A stretch of DNA of 64,000 nt, taken from a virus. The position numbers and the translations under genes are program-made. Positions within the stretch are counted from its first letter, which is position 1, and each line of letters starts with the position of its first letter. Under the pieces are notes generated by a model, which worked only from the letters and a program-made list of their open reading frames with translations, was not told the origin of the DNA and searched no databases. Shown piece after piece: positions 28,129 through 36,661 of this stretch. The stretch covers positions 1 to 64,000 of the IMG/VR virus record IMGVR_UViG_3300043788_000101. The stretch is one strand, 5' to 3'.

Positions 28129-28239
28129 CTGGGCGCTTTCGCACATACGGAAACCGCACGCATGCGCGTGTAACGCAGGCGCCCAGCCGGGCTGCCATGG
28201 GCCGACAACTATCAACGGCAGCAAGAGGCAAAGAACTAC

Positions 28240-29808
28240 ATGGGCAGCAACGGATACGTTCAGGTCAATTTGGTCGACGGAGGAGGGGCCGCAATCGTCG
28301 TCCCCAACACGCAAGTGCAAGTCGTCATTGGTGTTGCTTCGTCTGGCACCGTCAGCACCATTACGGCCACGAAGTCGCCATCCACGCTAGCCTCAACCTT
28401 CGGCTGGGGTCCGCTGCCTGAGGCGGCAGCGCTCACGTGCCTCGCGGGCGGCACCGTGCTCGCGATTCCGGTCACCAAGGCTACAGCAGGCGCGCTCTCG
28501 GCGGTTACGACATCGCAGGGCACTGGAGGCTCGACGGGCACTTCGGTCACGACTGTCAGCGGCACGCCATACGACACATATTTCGTCGAGGTTCTCTATA
28601 CGACGGGCGGCACGATCGGAACTGGGCCAATCGCGTTCACGATATCGCTCGACGCCGGGCGGAGCTACTCGCCGACCATTCAGATCACGACCGCGACCAC
28701 GTACCTCATTCCGGGCACGAACATCACGCTCAACTTCGCGGCAGGCACCAAGGTCGCCGGCAACTACGATCAGTTCTGCTCGACTGAGCCGCTCTGGAAC
28801 GATGCGGGAGTGCTCGTGGCGCTCAACGCGCTTGCCGCGAGCCCGTACGGTCAACAGGGCTTCGGCAGCATGCACATCGTCGGCGGGTCGACGTCGCCAG
28901 GCTTCGGCACGAGCGGCGCAGCTGGCAGCGACGTGACGGCCATCGCAGGGGACTCGTCGGGCTACATCACGGCGTGGTCCACGAACACCCAGCCCATCTA
29001 CGCGGATGCGATCTTTTCGGCGCGTGACGCGGAGGCACCGACTGTCTGGGGCGGCAGCGGCGGTGAGACCGACTCGCAGTGGCAGACGTCGATCCTCACG
29101 GGTTTCAGCGCCGTCGCGGCGCGGCGCGCGAGCGTCTGCGCGGCCTACTACAACATGCCCTCGGCGCTCATCAACCCGCTCGGAATGGTGCCGCGGTTCC
29201 GGCGTTCGATCGCCTACAGCGTGGCACAGCGCACCGTGCTCATGAGCGGTCCGCAGCGGAGCTGGGGCCGCGTCAAGGATGGCCCGCTCGGCAATATCGT
29301 CATCAATCCGCTGTCGGACCCGACCGACGGGTTCAACTACCACAACGAGGCGATCAACCCGGGGCTCAACGCCGGTCGCTTCGTCACGACGACGACGCGC
29401 GCGTATCTCCAGGGCGTCTACGTCCTTCAGGCCAACAACTTCGCCAGCACCGGCTCGCAGATCAACTCGCGGCCCCTCATGGCCGTCTGGAACGTGGCGG
29501 CCACGATCCTCGTCCAGGTGGGGCAAGACCTCATCAACGACAACGTGCGACTGCTGCCCGCGGGCACGCTCGATCCGCGCGACGCGGCGACGATTCAGTC
29601 GAACCTACTCTCGGCCATCACCTCGAATATGACGGCGCAGCAGATGATCTCGAGTGCCACGGTCATCGTCGACCAGACCGCCAACGTTGGGCTCAACGGC
29701 ATCGTGCCCATCACGTGCACGCTGACGGCGCGCGGCATAGTGCTCCAGGTCAACATCAACCTCCAGTACAGCGACTCGAGCCAGGCCGGCCCGGGACAGC
29801 TCGGCTAG
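28240..29808 (+). CDS. Contractile tail sheath protein
   Basis: VVIGVASSG...FGWGPLPE, SWGRVKDGPL, LNAGRFVT; size and position. Confidence 0.85.
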   Translation: MGSNGYVQVNLVDGGGAAIVVPNTQVQVVIGVASSGTVSTITATKSPSTLASTFGWGPLPEAAALTCLAGGTVLAIPVTKATAGALSAVTTSQGTGGSTGTSVTTVSGTPYDTYFVEVLYTTGGTIGTGPIAFTISLDAGRSYSPTIQITTATTYLIPGTNITLNFAAGTKVAGNYDQFCSTEPLWNDAGVLVALNALAASPYGQQGFGSMHIVGGSTSPGFGTSGAAGSDVTAIAGDSSGYITAWSTNTQPIYADAIFSARDAEAPTVWGGSGGETDSQWQTSILTGFSAVAARRASVCAAYYNMPSALINPLGMVPRFRRSIAYSVAQRTVLMSGPQRSWGRVKDGPLGNIVINPLSDPTDGFNYHNEAINPGLNAGRFVTTTTRAYLQGVYVLQANNFASTGSQINSRPLMAVWNVAATILVQVGQDLINDNVRLLPAGTLDPRDAATIQSNLLSAITSNMTAQQMISSATVIVDQTANVGLNGIVPITCTLTARGIVLQVNINLQYSDSSQAGPGQLG

Positions 29809-29831
29809 GCGCGTAGGAGAACTGCAAGCCC

Positions 29832-30365
29832 ATGGCAAACGTAGGACTAAACCTCGGCGTCCAGGTCGGGGGTTTCGGCGTCCCGCTCCAGTACCCGCTT
29901 ATCAACGGCGTGTCGTACTCGTTCGCGTCGATCGAGTTCAAATTCGCCGGAGGACCGCCAATCACGGCGGTTTTGTCGGTCGATTACAAGATCAACCGAG
30001 AGCGCAAGAAGACGTTCGGGACCAACGTCAACCCACTTCGCAAGACGCGAGGCAAGATCGACTACTCTTCCAAGTGGAAGATGGCGCTGCCCGAGGCCTA
30101 CAACCTCATCGGAGCCCTGGGCGCACAGGACCCTTCCGGGCTGAACGCCTACGGCGACGTCTTCTGGGTGGCGACGGTCACGTACTCGGAGAACGGGTTC
30201 TCGACCAACGTCATCACCATCGAAGGCAACACGATGGACACCTGGGAGAACTCGCACGCGGAAGGCGTCGAGGAGCCGGTGGTGGAATTTGAAACATCTC
30301 CATTAATGATATTGTTGAATGGCCAGCCCATGTCGTCGATTCCGTTGTCGGCGCCTCAGTTCTGA
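29832..30365 (+). CDS. Tail tube protein
   Basis: PLINGVSYSFASIE...PLRKTRGKIDYS; follows sheath. Confidence 0.85.
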   Translation: MANVGLNLGVQVGGFGVPLQYPLINGVSYSFASIEFKFAGGPPITAVLSVDYKINRERKKTFGTNVNPLRKTRGKIDYSSKWKMALPEAYNLIGALGAQDPSGLNAYGDVFWVATVTYSENGFSTNVITIEGNTMDTWENSHAEGVEEPVVEFETSPLMILLNGQPMSSIPLSAPQF

Positions 30366-30371
30366 TATACT
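30363..30371 (+). promoter_or_regulatory. Extended -10 (TGaTATACT) for leaderless HNH mRNA
   Basis: 6 nt before GTG 30378; the TG is part of the tube stop codon. Confidence 0.6.
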
Positions 30372-30377
30372 GGGCGC

Positions 30378-31085
30378 GTGAAACGGGGCCCACGCAATCA
30401 TACCGAACCTCAACGCTGCGACCTTTGCGCTACTGAGAACTCACTAGCGTTCAAGACGCAATGGCAGCACGTTTGCGAACCCTGCAAAGCTGCTAGGCGC
30501 GCGAAGTACCGCGAGACGAATAGTAAACATGTGCTCGCGTATGCACGAGAGCGGTCCGCAAAGATTCGGGCTGAGCATCCCGAAAGAATCAGGGCGGCGA
30601 AACGAGCCTCGGACCGTCGATGTGCGGCGCGCAAGCGAGCCTACGATAAAAAGTACGCCGCCGAGCACCCAGACAAGATGCGTGAGATTTCGCGACGCGC
30701 AGTCAAGAAGTGGATGGCCAAGCCGGAAAACAAGGCGAAGCATATAGCCTGGACGAAGGCGAACCCAGAAAAGCGTCGCGCCTACGCCCGCAAGTGGATT
30801 GCCGCCAACCGCTGGCTGACGTGCCTGTACTCGCAAAACCGCCGGGCGCGTGAGCAACTGGTAGCCCACACCCTGACGCTAGCCGAGTGGCGAGCCATCC
30901 TCGACTACTTCGGTCACGCGTGCGCGTACTGCCTGCGCGGCAACGTGAAGCTCACCATCGAGCACGTCGTCCCAATCATCGAAGGCGGCCCACACTCAGC
31001 CGAGAACGTGGTGCCAGCCTGCGCATCGTGCAACTCGACGAAGGGCCGACGTAGCATCCTCACGATGCTCAACCGCGCAGCCTAG
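30378..31085 (+). CDS. HNH endonuclease
   Basis: CAYCLR...[31 protein letters not shown]. Confidence 0.93.
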   Translation: MKRGPRNHTEPQRCDLCATENSLAFKTQWQHVCEPCKAARRAKYRETNSKHVLAYARERSAKIRAEHPERIRAAKRASDRRCAARKRAYDKKYAAEHPDKMREISRRAVKKWMAKPENKAKHIAWTKANPEKRRAYARKWIAANRWLTCLYSQNRRAREQLVAHTLTLAEWRAILDYFGHACAYCLRGNVKLTIEHVVPIIEGGPHSAENVVPACASCNSTKGRRSILTMLNRAA

Positions 31086-31180
31086 TCACTCACACAAGTT
31101 TACCGGCCGGGTCACCAGCCGAGCAACGCAAAGCGGGTCGCCGCCGAGCGTTGCACCTTCATCCAAAGGAGACCCGAGCC

Positions 31181-31519
31181 ATGTCCGTCAGCGAAAGTGT
31201 AATCCCGCAAGCGAAACTCGAAGCCCTCGAAGCCATGCACAAGCGCATCGGCGTCGTCACCCACCCCGACGGCAAGTCGTGGGCGGTCGTGCTGCGCAAG
31301 CCTGCGCGCTCCGAGTACAAGCTGTTCAAAGCGAACGCCAACAACCCGAGCACGCAGGCGGAGGCGCAAGAGAAGCTCTTCAAGGCGACCTGCTTGATCC
31401 CCGAAGGTCAGCCGGCCATCGAAGCGCTGCTCGAGGACTGGCCGGGCATTCCTGAGGCCTGCAGCAAGACCTTTCAGATGCTCGCCGGCATGTCGGGTGT
31501 CGAAGAGGGAAAATCCTAA
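31181..31519 (+). CDS. Tail assembly chaperone (G-like)
   Basis: AAGGAG RBS; between tube and tape measure; ends in slippery G GGA AAA. Confidence 0.8.
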   Translation: MSVSESVIPQAKLEALEAMHKRIGVVTHPDGKSWAVVLRKPARSEYKLFKANANNPSTQAEAQEKLFKATCLIPEGQPAIEALLEDWPGIPEACSKTFQMLAGMSGVEEGKS

Positions 31520-31686
31520 TGTCCCTGCGCTACAAGCAGCGCAGGGACGCGATCACCTTTGCAGACGGGCTCGACGAGATGCTCCGCGGCGAGGACACGC
31601 TACCCGCAGAGGCTGCGCGTCTAAACGTCGCGGAGCTTCTTCTTATTTGCGGCAACTATATGACGGATGGTAAGTTCAGTAAGTGA
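31507..31686 (+). CDS. -1 frameshift extension of the chaperone (T-like)
   Basis: GGGAAAA at 31507-31513; -1 frame open (GKILMSLRYKQRRDAITF...) to TGA 31684-31686. Confidence 0.7.
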   Translation, partial: GKILMSLRYKQRRDAITFADGLDEMLRGEDTLPAEAARLNVAELLLICGNYMTDGKFSK

Positions 31687-32219
31687 ACCTAGCCAACTAC
31701 GCGCGCGGCCCGCGACCCAAGGGAGAGCCGCTTTGCTGCAACGGATGCGAGACGACCGATCCGAGCGCATTCCGTAACCCACTATGCGACAGATTCTGCA
31801 TATCGTGCAGAGCTATCAGGCGTAAAGCCAAGCTCAATCGGCCGTACTACATAAAGTACGCGAAACGCAGGCAGCAGGACCCGGAATTGCGAGCCCGTGA
31901 CCGGGCGCAGAAACGCAAGCGCGAACGTGAGCGCTACGAGACTGAGCCTGGATACAGGGACCATAGGCGCAAGCGTCACGCGGCATGGAAACTGGGCATT
32001 GCGAGGTCCGACGTAGAGAGCCTCATCGAGGCAAAACGTAGGCCTTGTCCGATATGTATGAGACAAAGAACGGTGCGGCATATGGCGATAGACCATGACC
32101 ACAAGACTGGGAAGGTACGCGGCGTTATATGCATTTCGTGCAACACCGGAATAGGCCAGTTCCGAGATGACATAGAAGCCATGATGCGCGCCGTCGCGTA
32201 CCTCAAAGAGCATAGTTAG
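31683..32219 (+). CDS. Endonuclease VII-family homing-type endonuclease
   Basis: CPIC...MAIDHDHKTGKVRGVICISCNTGIG; TGgTAAGTT 6 nt upstream of GTG. Confidence 0.9.
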   Translation: MNLANYARGPRPKGEPLCCNGCETTDPSAFRNPLCDRFCISCRAIRRKAKLNRPYYIKYAKRRQQDPELRARDRAQKRKRERERYETEPGYRDHRRKRHAAWKLGIARSDVESLIEAKRRPCPICMRQRTVRHMAIDHDHKTGKVRGVICISCNTGIGQFRDDIEAMMRAVAYLKEHS

Positions 32220-32486
32220 ATGGCCCGCATCCGAATCGTGACCAAGCGACCACCGCAGCCCGAACGCGTGCCTGGCTATCCGCGTATCAACGGCGTGCAG
32301 ACGAGCCTCGTGGACTGCTACTTCTACGCCGTTGCCGACGACGGAACGGAGGAGCCGCTTCACGGCGTGACAGCGTTCGCGATTGATTGCTCGGAACCGA
32401 CGGAAGCCCTCCGAGCCACGATTCAGTTCGTCGATGTGGACATCGACATCGAGGCGGAGACCAGCGACATACCGGAGCACGGGTAA
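32220..32486 (+). CDS. Hypothetical protein
   Basis: Fills the gap between EndoVII and tape measure. Confidence 0.65.
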   Translation: MARIRIVTKRPPQPERVPGYPRINGVQTSLVDCYFYAVADDGTEEPLHGVTAFAIDCSEPTEALRATIQFVDVDIDIEAETSDIPEHG

Positions 32487-32489
32487 AGC

Positions 32490-34370
32490 GTGGCGATCGT
32501 ATGGGGCGTGACGCTCAAGGACGGAGTCTCGACGTCAGCGAACCTGATTGGGTCCGCTATGGGCGACGCCGCCTCGCAGGCCAAAGTGCTCGCTGGGGCG
32601 ATGAAGTCGGCGCAAGCAGCGGTCGCAAAGGCAGCGGCGCTCGGTGACGTGAAGGGTGCCCAAATAGCGGCAACACGGTTTCATGCTCTGAGCGCGACGT
32701 TAGAGTCACTGCCTCCGCACGCGGAAGCCGCCTCGGAAGGCGCCAGGGGACTTGGCGAGTCAATGACTGAATCCGTCTTCAAGGCGGAGGTGCTCAAAGA
32801 CGCGCTCGAGGAGCTTGGCAAGAAAGCCGTCGAGGCGCTCAAGACGGGCTTCGAGTTCGCCATCGAGGCGAGCGAGAACCTCAAGCGCATGACAGCGCAG
32901 TTCGATGCGCTCGGGCCCGCAGGGCAGCACGCGGGCGCGCAGACCATCGCGGCCATCCGAGGGATCGCCAAGGAGGTCCCGCAGTCCGAGGCGCAGATCG
33001 CCGGCTGGGCTCGTTCGCTCCAAGCGACGGGCACGATCAAGCTCGACAAGCTCAAAGACCAGATCAAGGCCATCGCCGGGGCCGATGCGCTCGGTGCGGT
33101 CGAGGGTGCAGGGGAGGCGACACGAGCCGTCCTCGCGAAGCTCAACGAGACGTCGCAGAAGGGCGGCAAGACGCGCTTTACACTCGCGGAGCTGGCACCG
33201 ACAGGCATCAGCGAAGCCGAATTGTTCAAGGCCATGGGGCCAAACATGAACGCGGCAGGCTTCGAGGCGGGCAAAAAGGCTGGCGCGATTACAGGCGCCC
33301 AGATCTCCGAGGCAATCACCAAGGCCATCAACATCAAGAGCGGCGGTGCGCTCGCGGCGCAAATGGACGAGCTGTCGACGATCGCGACCAAGGCCAAAGA
33401 CGGCTTGATGCACCTCTTCGAGGACGTCGACGTCTCGCCGCTGACAGATAGTCTCAAAAGCTTCTTTTCGATATTCGATCTTTCCGCGCCAAGTGGACAA
33501 GCGATCAAGCGAGGCATCACGGCGGCATTCAAGGAGGTTTCCGCCATCCTACTCAAGGTCGGAGACGGTGTCCGCCACGTCATCATCGCGTTTCTGCAGG
33601 GAGCGATATTCATCAAGAAGCACGGCGAGGGAATCAAGGCGGTTGTGCTCGGGGTAGGAGCCACGATTCTCGTCGCCTTCGGGCCCGCGGCACTCATAGC
33701 CATTGGGGCGTATACGGCAGCCATGTGGGGCGCGGCGGTTGCGACCATTGCCGCTAATCTACCACTCATCTTGTGGGCGGCTGCCATAGGACTAGCGGTC
33801 GCCGCTATTATGTACTTCGCGCCGCAAATCAAGAAGTCGGCTCTCGCGATTGGCGAGTTTGCGACCAAGGGCTGGAACATGGCCGTCGACTTCGTGGCCA
33901 GTCTAGTGGACGGGTTCATGAGTGGCGTCAAGAAGGTCGAGGACGCAGCAAGCAAAATTGCGCACGCGGCAATCGACGCCGTCAAAAACATCTTCAAGGC
34001 TCATTCGCCATCCCAGGTCATGATGGATCTCGGCGTAGGCATTCCCGAAGGGATGGCTACCGGGATTTCGCAAGGCACCGGAAAAGCCGTCGGCGCGTCT
34101 CAAGACATGAGCGCGGACGTCATGAGCGCGGCAACTCCTGGGCCACAATCTGGCAGCGGCGTCGAAGCGGCGCCAAAAGGCAGAGGCGGCGCAGCGTTAG
34201 GCGGTAGGGGTGGTGGAGGTGGCGGCTTCAATATCACGATCGAGAGCTTCGTCATCGAGGCGGGTCACGCATCCTCACCCGGGGAACTGAAGGAACTCGT
34301 CGAGGAAGGTTTCTCGACGCTCGCCGATAGGCTGGCCATCATGGTCGGATCAGGACCTAGCCCGGCGTAG
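32490..34370 (+). CDS. Tail tape measure protein
   Basis: Ala-rich helical protein, hydrophobic segment, HSPSQVMMDLG motif. Confidence 0.88.
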   Translation: MAIVWGVTLKDGVSTSANLIGSAMGDAASQAKVLAGAMKSAQAAVAKAAALGDVKGAQIAATRFHALSATLESLPPHAEAASEGARGLGESMTESVFKAEVLKDALEELGKKAVEALKTGFEFAIEASENLKRMTAQFDALGPAGQHAGAQTIAAIRGIAKEVPQSEAQIAGWARSLQATGTIKLDKLKDQIKAIAGADALGAVEGAGEATRAVLAKLNETSQKGGKTRFTLAELAPTGISEAELFKAMGPNMNAAGFEAGKKAGAITGAQISEAITKAINIKSGGALAAQMDELSTIATKAKDGLMHLFEDVDVSPLTDSLKSFFSIFDLSAPSGQAIKRGITAAFKEVSAILLKVGDGVRHVIIAFLQGAIFIKKHGEGIKAVVLGVGATILVAFGPAALIAIGAYTAAMWGAAVATIAANLPLILWAAAIGLAVAAIMYFAPQIKKSALAIGEFATKGWNMAVDFVASLVDGFMSGVKKVEDAASKIAHAAIDAVKNIFKAHSPSQVMMDLGVGIPEGMATGISQGTGKAVGASQDMSADVMSAATPGPQSGSGVEAAPKGRGGAALGGRGGGGGGFNITIESFVIEAGHASSPGELKELVEEGFSTLADRLAIMVGSGPSPA

Positions 34371-34383
34371 CTGCAGACGATGG

Positions 34384-34647
34384 TCAACCGTGATTGGATA
34401 GATCCCACGTTTTCTCTAGCACAATAGTCTCTAACGCCTGCAATTGGACAATCATACTTCGTAGATCGATTACATAAAGACGAGCTTCGAGGTCGTCGGT
34501 AAAGCGTCGCACGGGACGTGTGGCCTCTGGGTTGAAGCAGCGCGCGCATGCAGCGATGTCACGCAAGCTGAACGACTCTACGCGCCCAGACGAATCACGC
34601 AAAGTGTCGATGGTCATGGTTGGAACAGATGATTTTGGCGTGTTCAC
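34384..34647 (-). CDS. Antisense moron-like hypothetical protein
   Basis: AGGAGG RBS before GTG; lower GC; CARC. Confidence 0.45.
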   Translation of the reverse strand: MNTPKSSVPTMTIDTLRDSSGRVESFSLRDIAACARCFNPEATRPVRRFTDDLEARLYVIDLRSMIVQLQALETIVLEKTWDLSNHG

Positions 34648-34689
34648 GGAACCTCCTATGGCTTGTCACAAACACTATCACGGAGCACG

Positions 34690-35304
34690 ATGACGCTTCA
34701 AGTCTCCACGGGTAGCTACCAAGTCAGCGCCAAGGCCGTGGGCGCCGCCCAATACAACCCGATCGATTACCCGGACCTCTACGACTACATCTACGTCAAC
34801 GGACAGGAGTGCCCAGGCTGGTGCGTCGTCAGCGGCTGGGTCCGAAAGTGGGGATGGGAGAAAAAGACAGGCAAGGGAATCCAGGGAACGGTGCTCACCT
34901 TCACGGGCAAACCCTCGGCTGAGGGCGACATCATCTTCTATTTGACGGAGCCGGCAGATTTTGAGGAGTGGGTTACCTTCTTTCTCAACTTCAAATACGA
35001 TGCAACGAAGAAGAAGCAGCTCTTCGCGGTGGACGTGCGGCATCCGCTGCTCGTTGATATAGGCGTGCGCGCCTGCGTCGTCGAGACCATCAGTCAGATC
35101 GAGCACGAGGGCCTCAACCTCTGGTCGCGCAAAGTGCACCTCGTCGAGTACGCGCCTCCGCCGAAGGCCGCTTCCGTATCAACGCCGCAGGGCTCCACCA
35201 ACAAGAGCGACGTGAACACGTTCATAGGACCGCCTGCGCCTGACCCCACGAATCCGCTAGATACCAAGATAGCCTCGATGGCCGTAGAGCTTGGCCAGCC
35301 ATAG
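34690..35304 (+). CDS. Putative tail tube initiator
   Basis: Follows tape measure; YVNGQECPG...RKWGWEKKTGKG..G. Confidence 0.6.
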   Translation: MTLQVSTGSYQVSAKAVGAAQYNPIDYPDLYDYIYVNGQECPGWCVVSGWVRKWGWEKKTGKGIQGTVLTFTGKPSAEGDIIFYLTEPADFEEWVTFFLNFKYDATKKKQLFAVDVRHPLLVDIGVRACVVETISQIEHEGLNLWSRKVHLVEYAPPPKAASVSTPQGSTNKSDVNTFIGPPAPDPTNPLDTKIASMAVELGQP

Positions 35305-35307
35305 GCG

Positions 35308-35958
35308 ATGGCTCTCTGTCTCGTCAGCGGCCAGACCGCCGTGCACCTCGATCTCTCGATCCCGCTCTACGGCCTTTGGGTGGCGGATGTGGCGCTGTCG
35401 CTCGGCACCCTCATCGCCTCCGGTCCAGTGAGCCTCACGCTCGGCAACATGACGCTCAGCGGCGCCGTGTACCGGCAGAACGTTTTCGCGGGGCAAGTGA
35501 AGGCGCGGCTCGTGGGTGGCGCTGGCGGCTGGAACAAGAAGGTCGCGGCGCGCGGGTACAATAACCCGGCTGGCGTTCTCCTTTCGATGGTCCTCGGTGA
35601 CGCGGCCATGGAGGTCGGTGAGACGGTCAGCGTCGCGCAAGATCAGGTCATCGGCAACTTCTACGCGCGCTTTGCCGACAAGGCCTCGCGCGTGCTCGCG
35701 GCCGTCGGGGGCCCGTCGTGGTGGGTTGATAGCTCCGGCGTGACACGTATCGGCCCGCGCACGGCGTCCACAATCAAAAGCTCGTTCGTCGTCGAGGACT
35801 ACAAGCCGCACACGGGCGAGCTAGTCGTGTCGACCGAGGACTACGCGAGCTGGCAGCCGGGCGCGATGTTCACGTCAGCCACGACAGGCACGCAGACGAT
35901 CGCGAGCGTGCGTCACCAGATGAACGACACGGCGACCATGAGGGTGATGGCCGCATGA
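35308..35958 (+). CDS. Baseplate hub-like protein
   Basis: Synteny; WWVDSSGVTRIGPR. Confidence 0.6.
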   Translation: MALCLVSGQTAVHLDLSIPLYGLWVADVALSLGTLIASGPVSLTLGNMTLSGAVYRQNVFAGQVKARLVGGAGGWNKKVAARGYNNPAGVLLSMVLGDAAMEVGETVSVAQDQVIGNFYARFADKASRVLAAVGGPSWWVDSSGVTRIGPRTASTIKSSFVVEDYKPHTGELVVSTEDYASWQPGAMFTSATTGTQTIASVRHQMNDTATMRVMAA

Positions 35959-36410
35959 GCAACGCGACGCCGGAGATCGATCGCTGGGTCGCATCGATGC
36001 GCGAGATCGTGCGTCAAGAGAACGCGCGCTTCCTTTGGGGCGTCTACGACTACGTCGTGCAGAACGCCAACGGACCCGCAGACACGGTCGACTGCACGCC
36101 AGCCGATCCGAGTACGGGGGCTCCGTCGATCTCAGGGCTCGTCATCTGGACGGGGCTCCCGGGCAGCAGCTGCACGCCGGCCATCGGTTCGCACCTCGCG
36201 ATCGTTTTTCTCGACGGCAACCGGGCGAAACCGCGTGTGATCTCGTTCGACGCGACGTCCCCGATCCCAGGCCAGACGCCACCTCCGATCGTCATCGGAA
36301 GCCAAGAGCCGTCACCCCCGGTTCCTCTGCCAGGTGCCGCTGCGCGCGTCGGCGACGCTGCGGGCCCGTTTCTGGTGACCACAGGCAGCAGCCTCATCTC
36401 ACTCGGGTAA
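35955..36410 (+). CDS. Baseplate spike-like protein
   Basis: OB-like PAIGSHLAIVFLDGNRAKP and AARVGD. Confidence 0.65.
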   Translation: MSNATPEIDRWVASMREIVRQENARFLWGVYDYVVQNANGPADTVDCTPADPSTGAPSISGLVIWTGLPGSSCTPAIGSHLAIVFLDGNRAKPRVISFDATSPIPGQTPPPIVIGSQEPSPPVPLPGAAARVGDAAGPFLVTTGSSLISLG

Positions 36411-36414
36411 GAAC

Positions 36415-36645
36415 ATGCCGCTTGTAGGATCCGCACTATCGGCCGAGCTATTTACCGCGATGAGCGCGCGCGGTTGGTTCAACAAGGAATCGGTCGACGC
36501 GCAGCAGTTCTGCGACGACCTAGCGGACACGATTGTGTCGTACTTCGTCGCGAACGCCGTCGTACTCCCTCTCACGCTCGGCGTCCCCACTCTCATCGCA
36601 CCGTCAGGCGGCGGGCCAGTGACTGGCGTCGGATCCATCGAATAG
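36415..36645 (+). CDS. Small baseplate/spike-tip-like protein
   Basis: LADTIVSYF...GGPVTGVGSI after spike. Confidence 0.55.
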   Translation: MPLVGSALSAELFTAMSARGWFNKESVDAQQFCDDLADTIVSYFVANAVVLPLTLGVPTLIAPSGGGPVTGVGSIE

Positions 36646-36661
36646 AAAAGGACATTTTCCC

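Noticed and set aside
25718-31085. Group I introns or inteins around the endonucleases
   Set aside because: Flanking capsid and tube genes appear complete with their own stops, and intergenic space is too short for a ribozyme core
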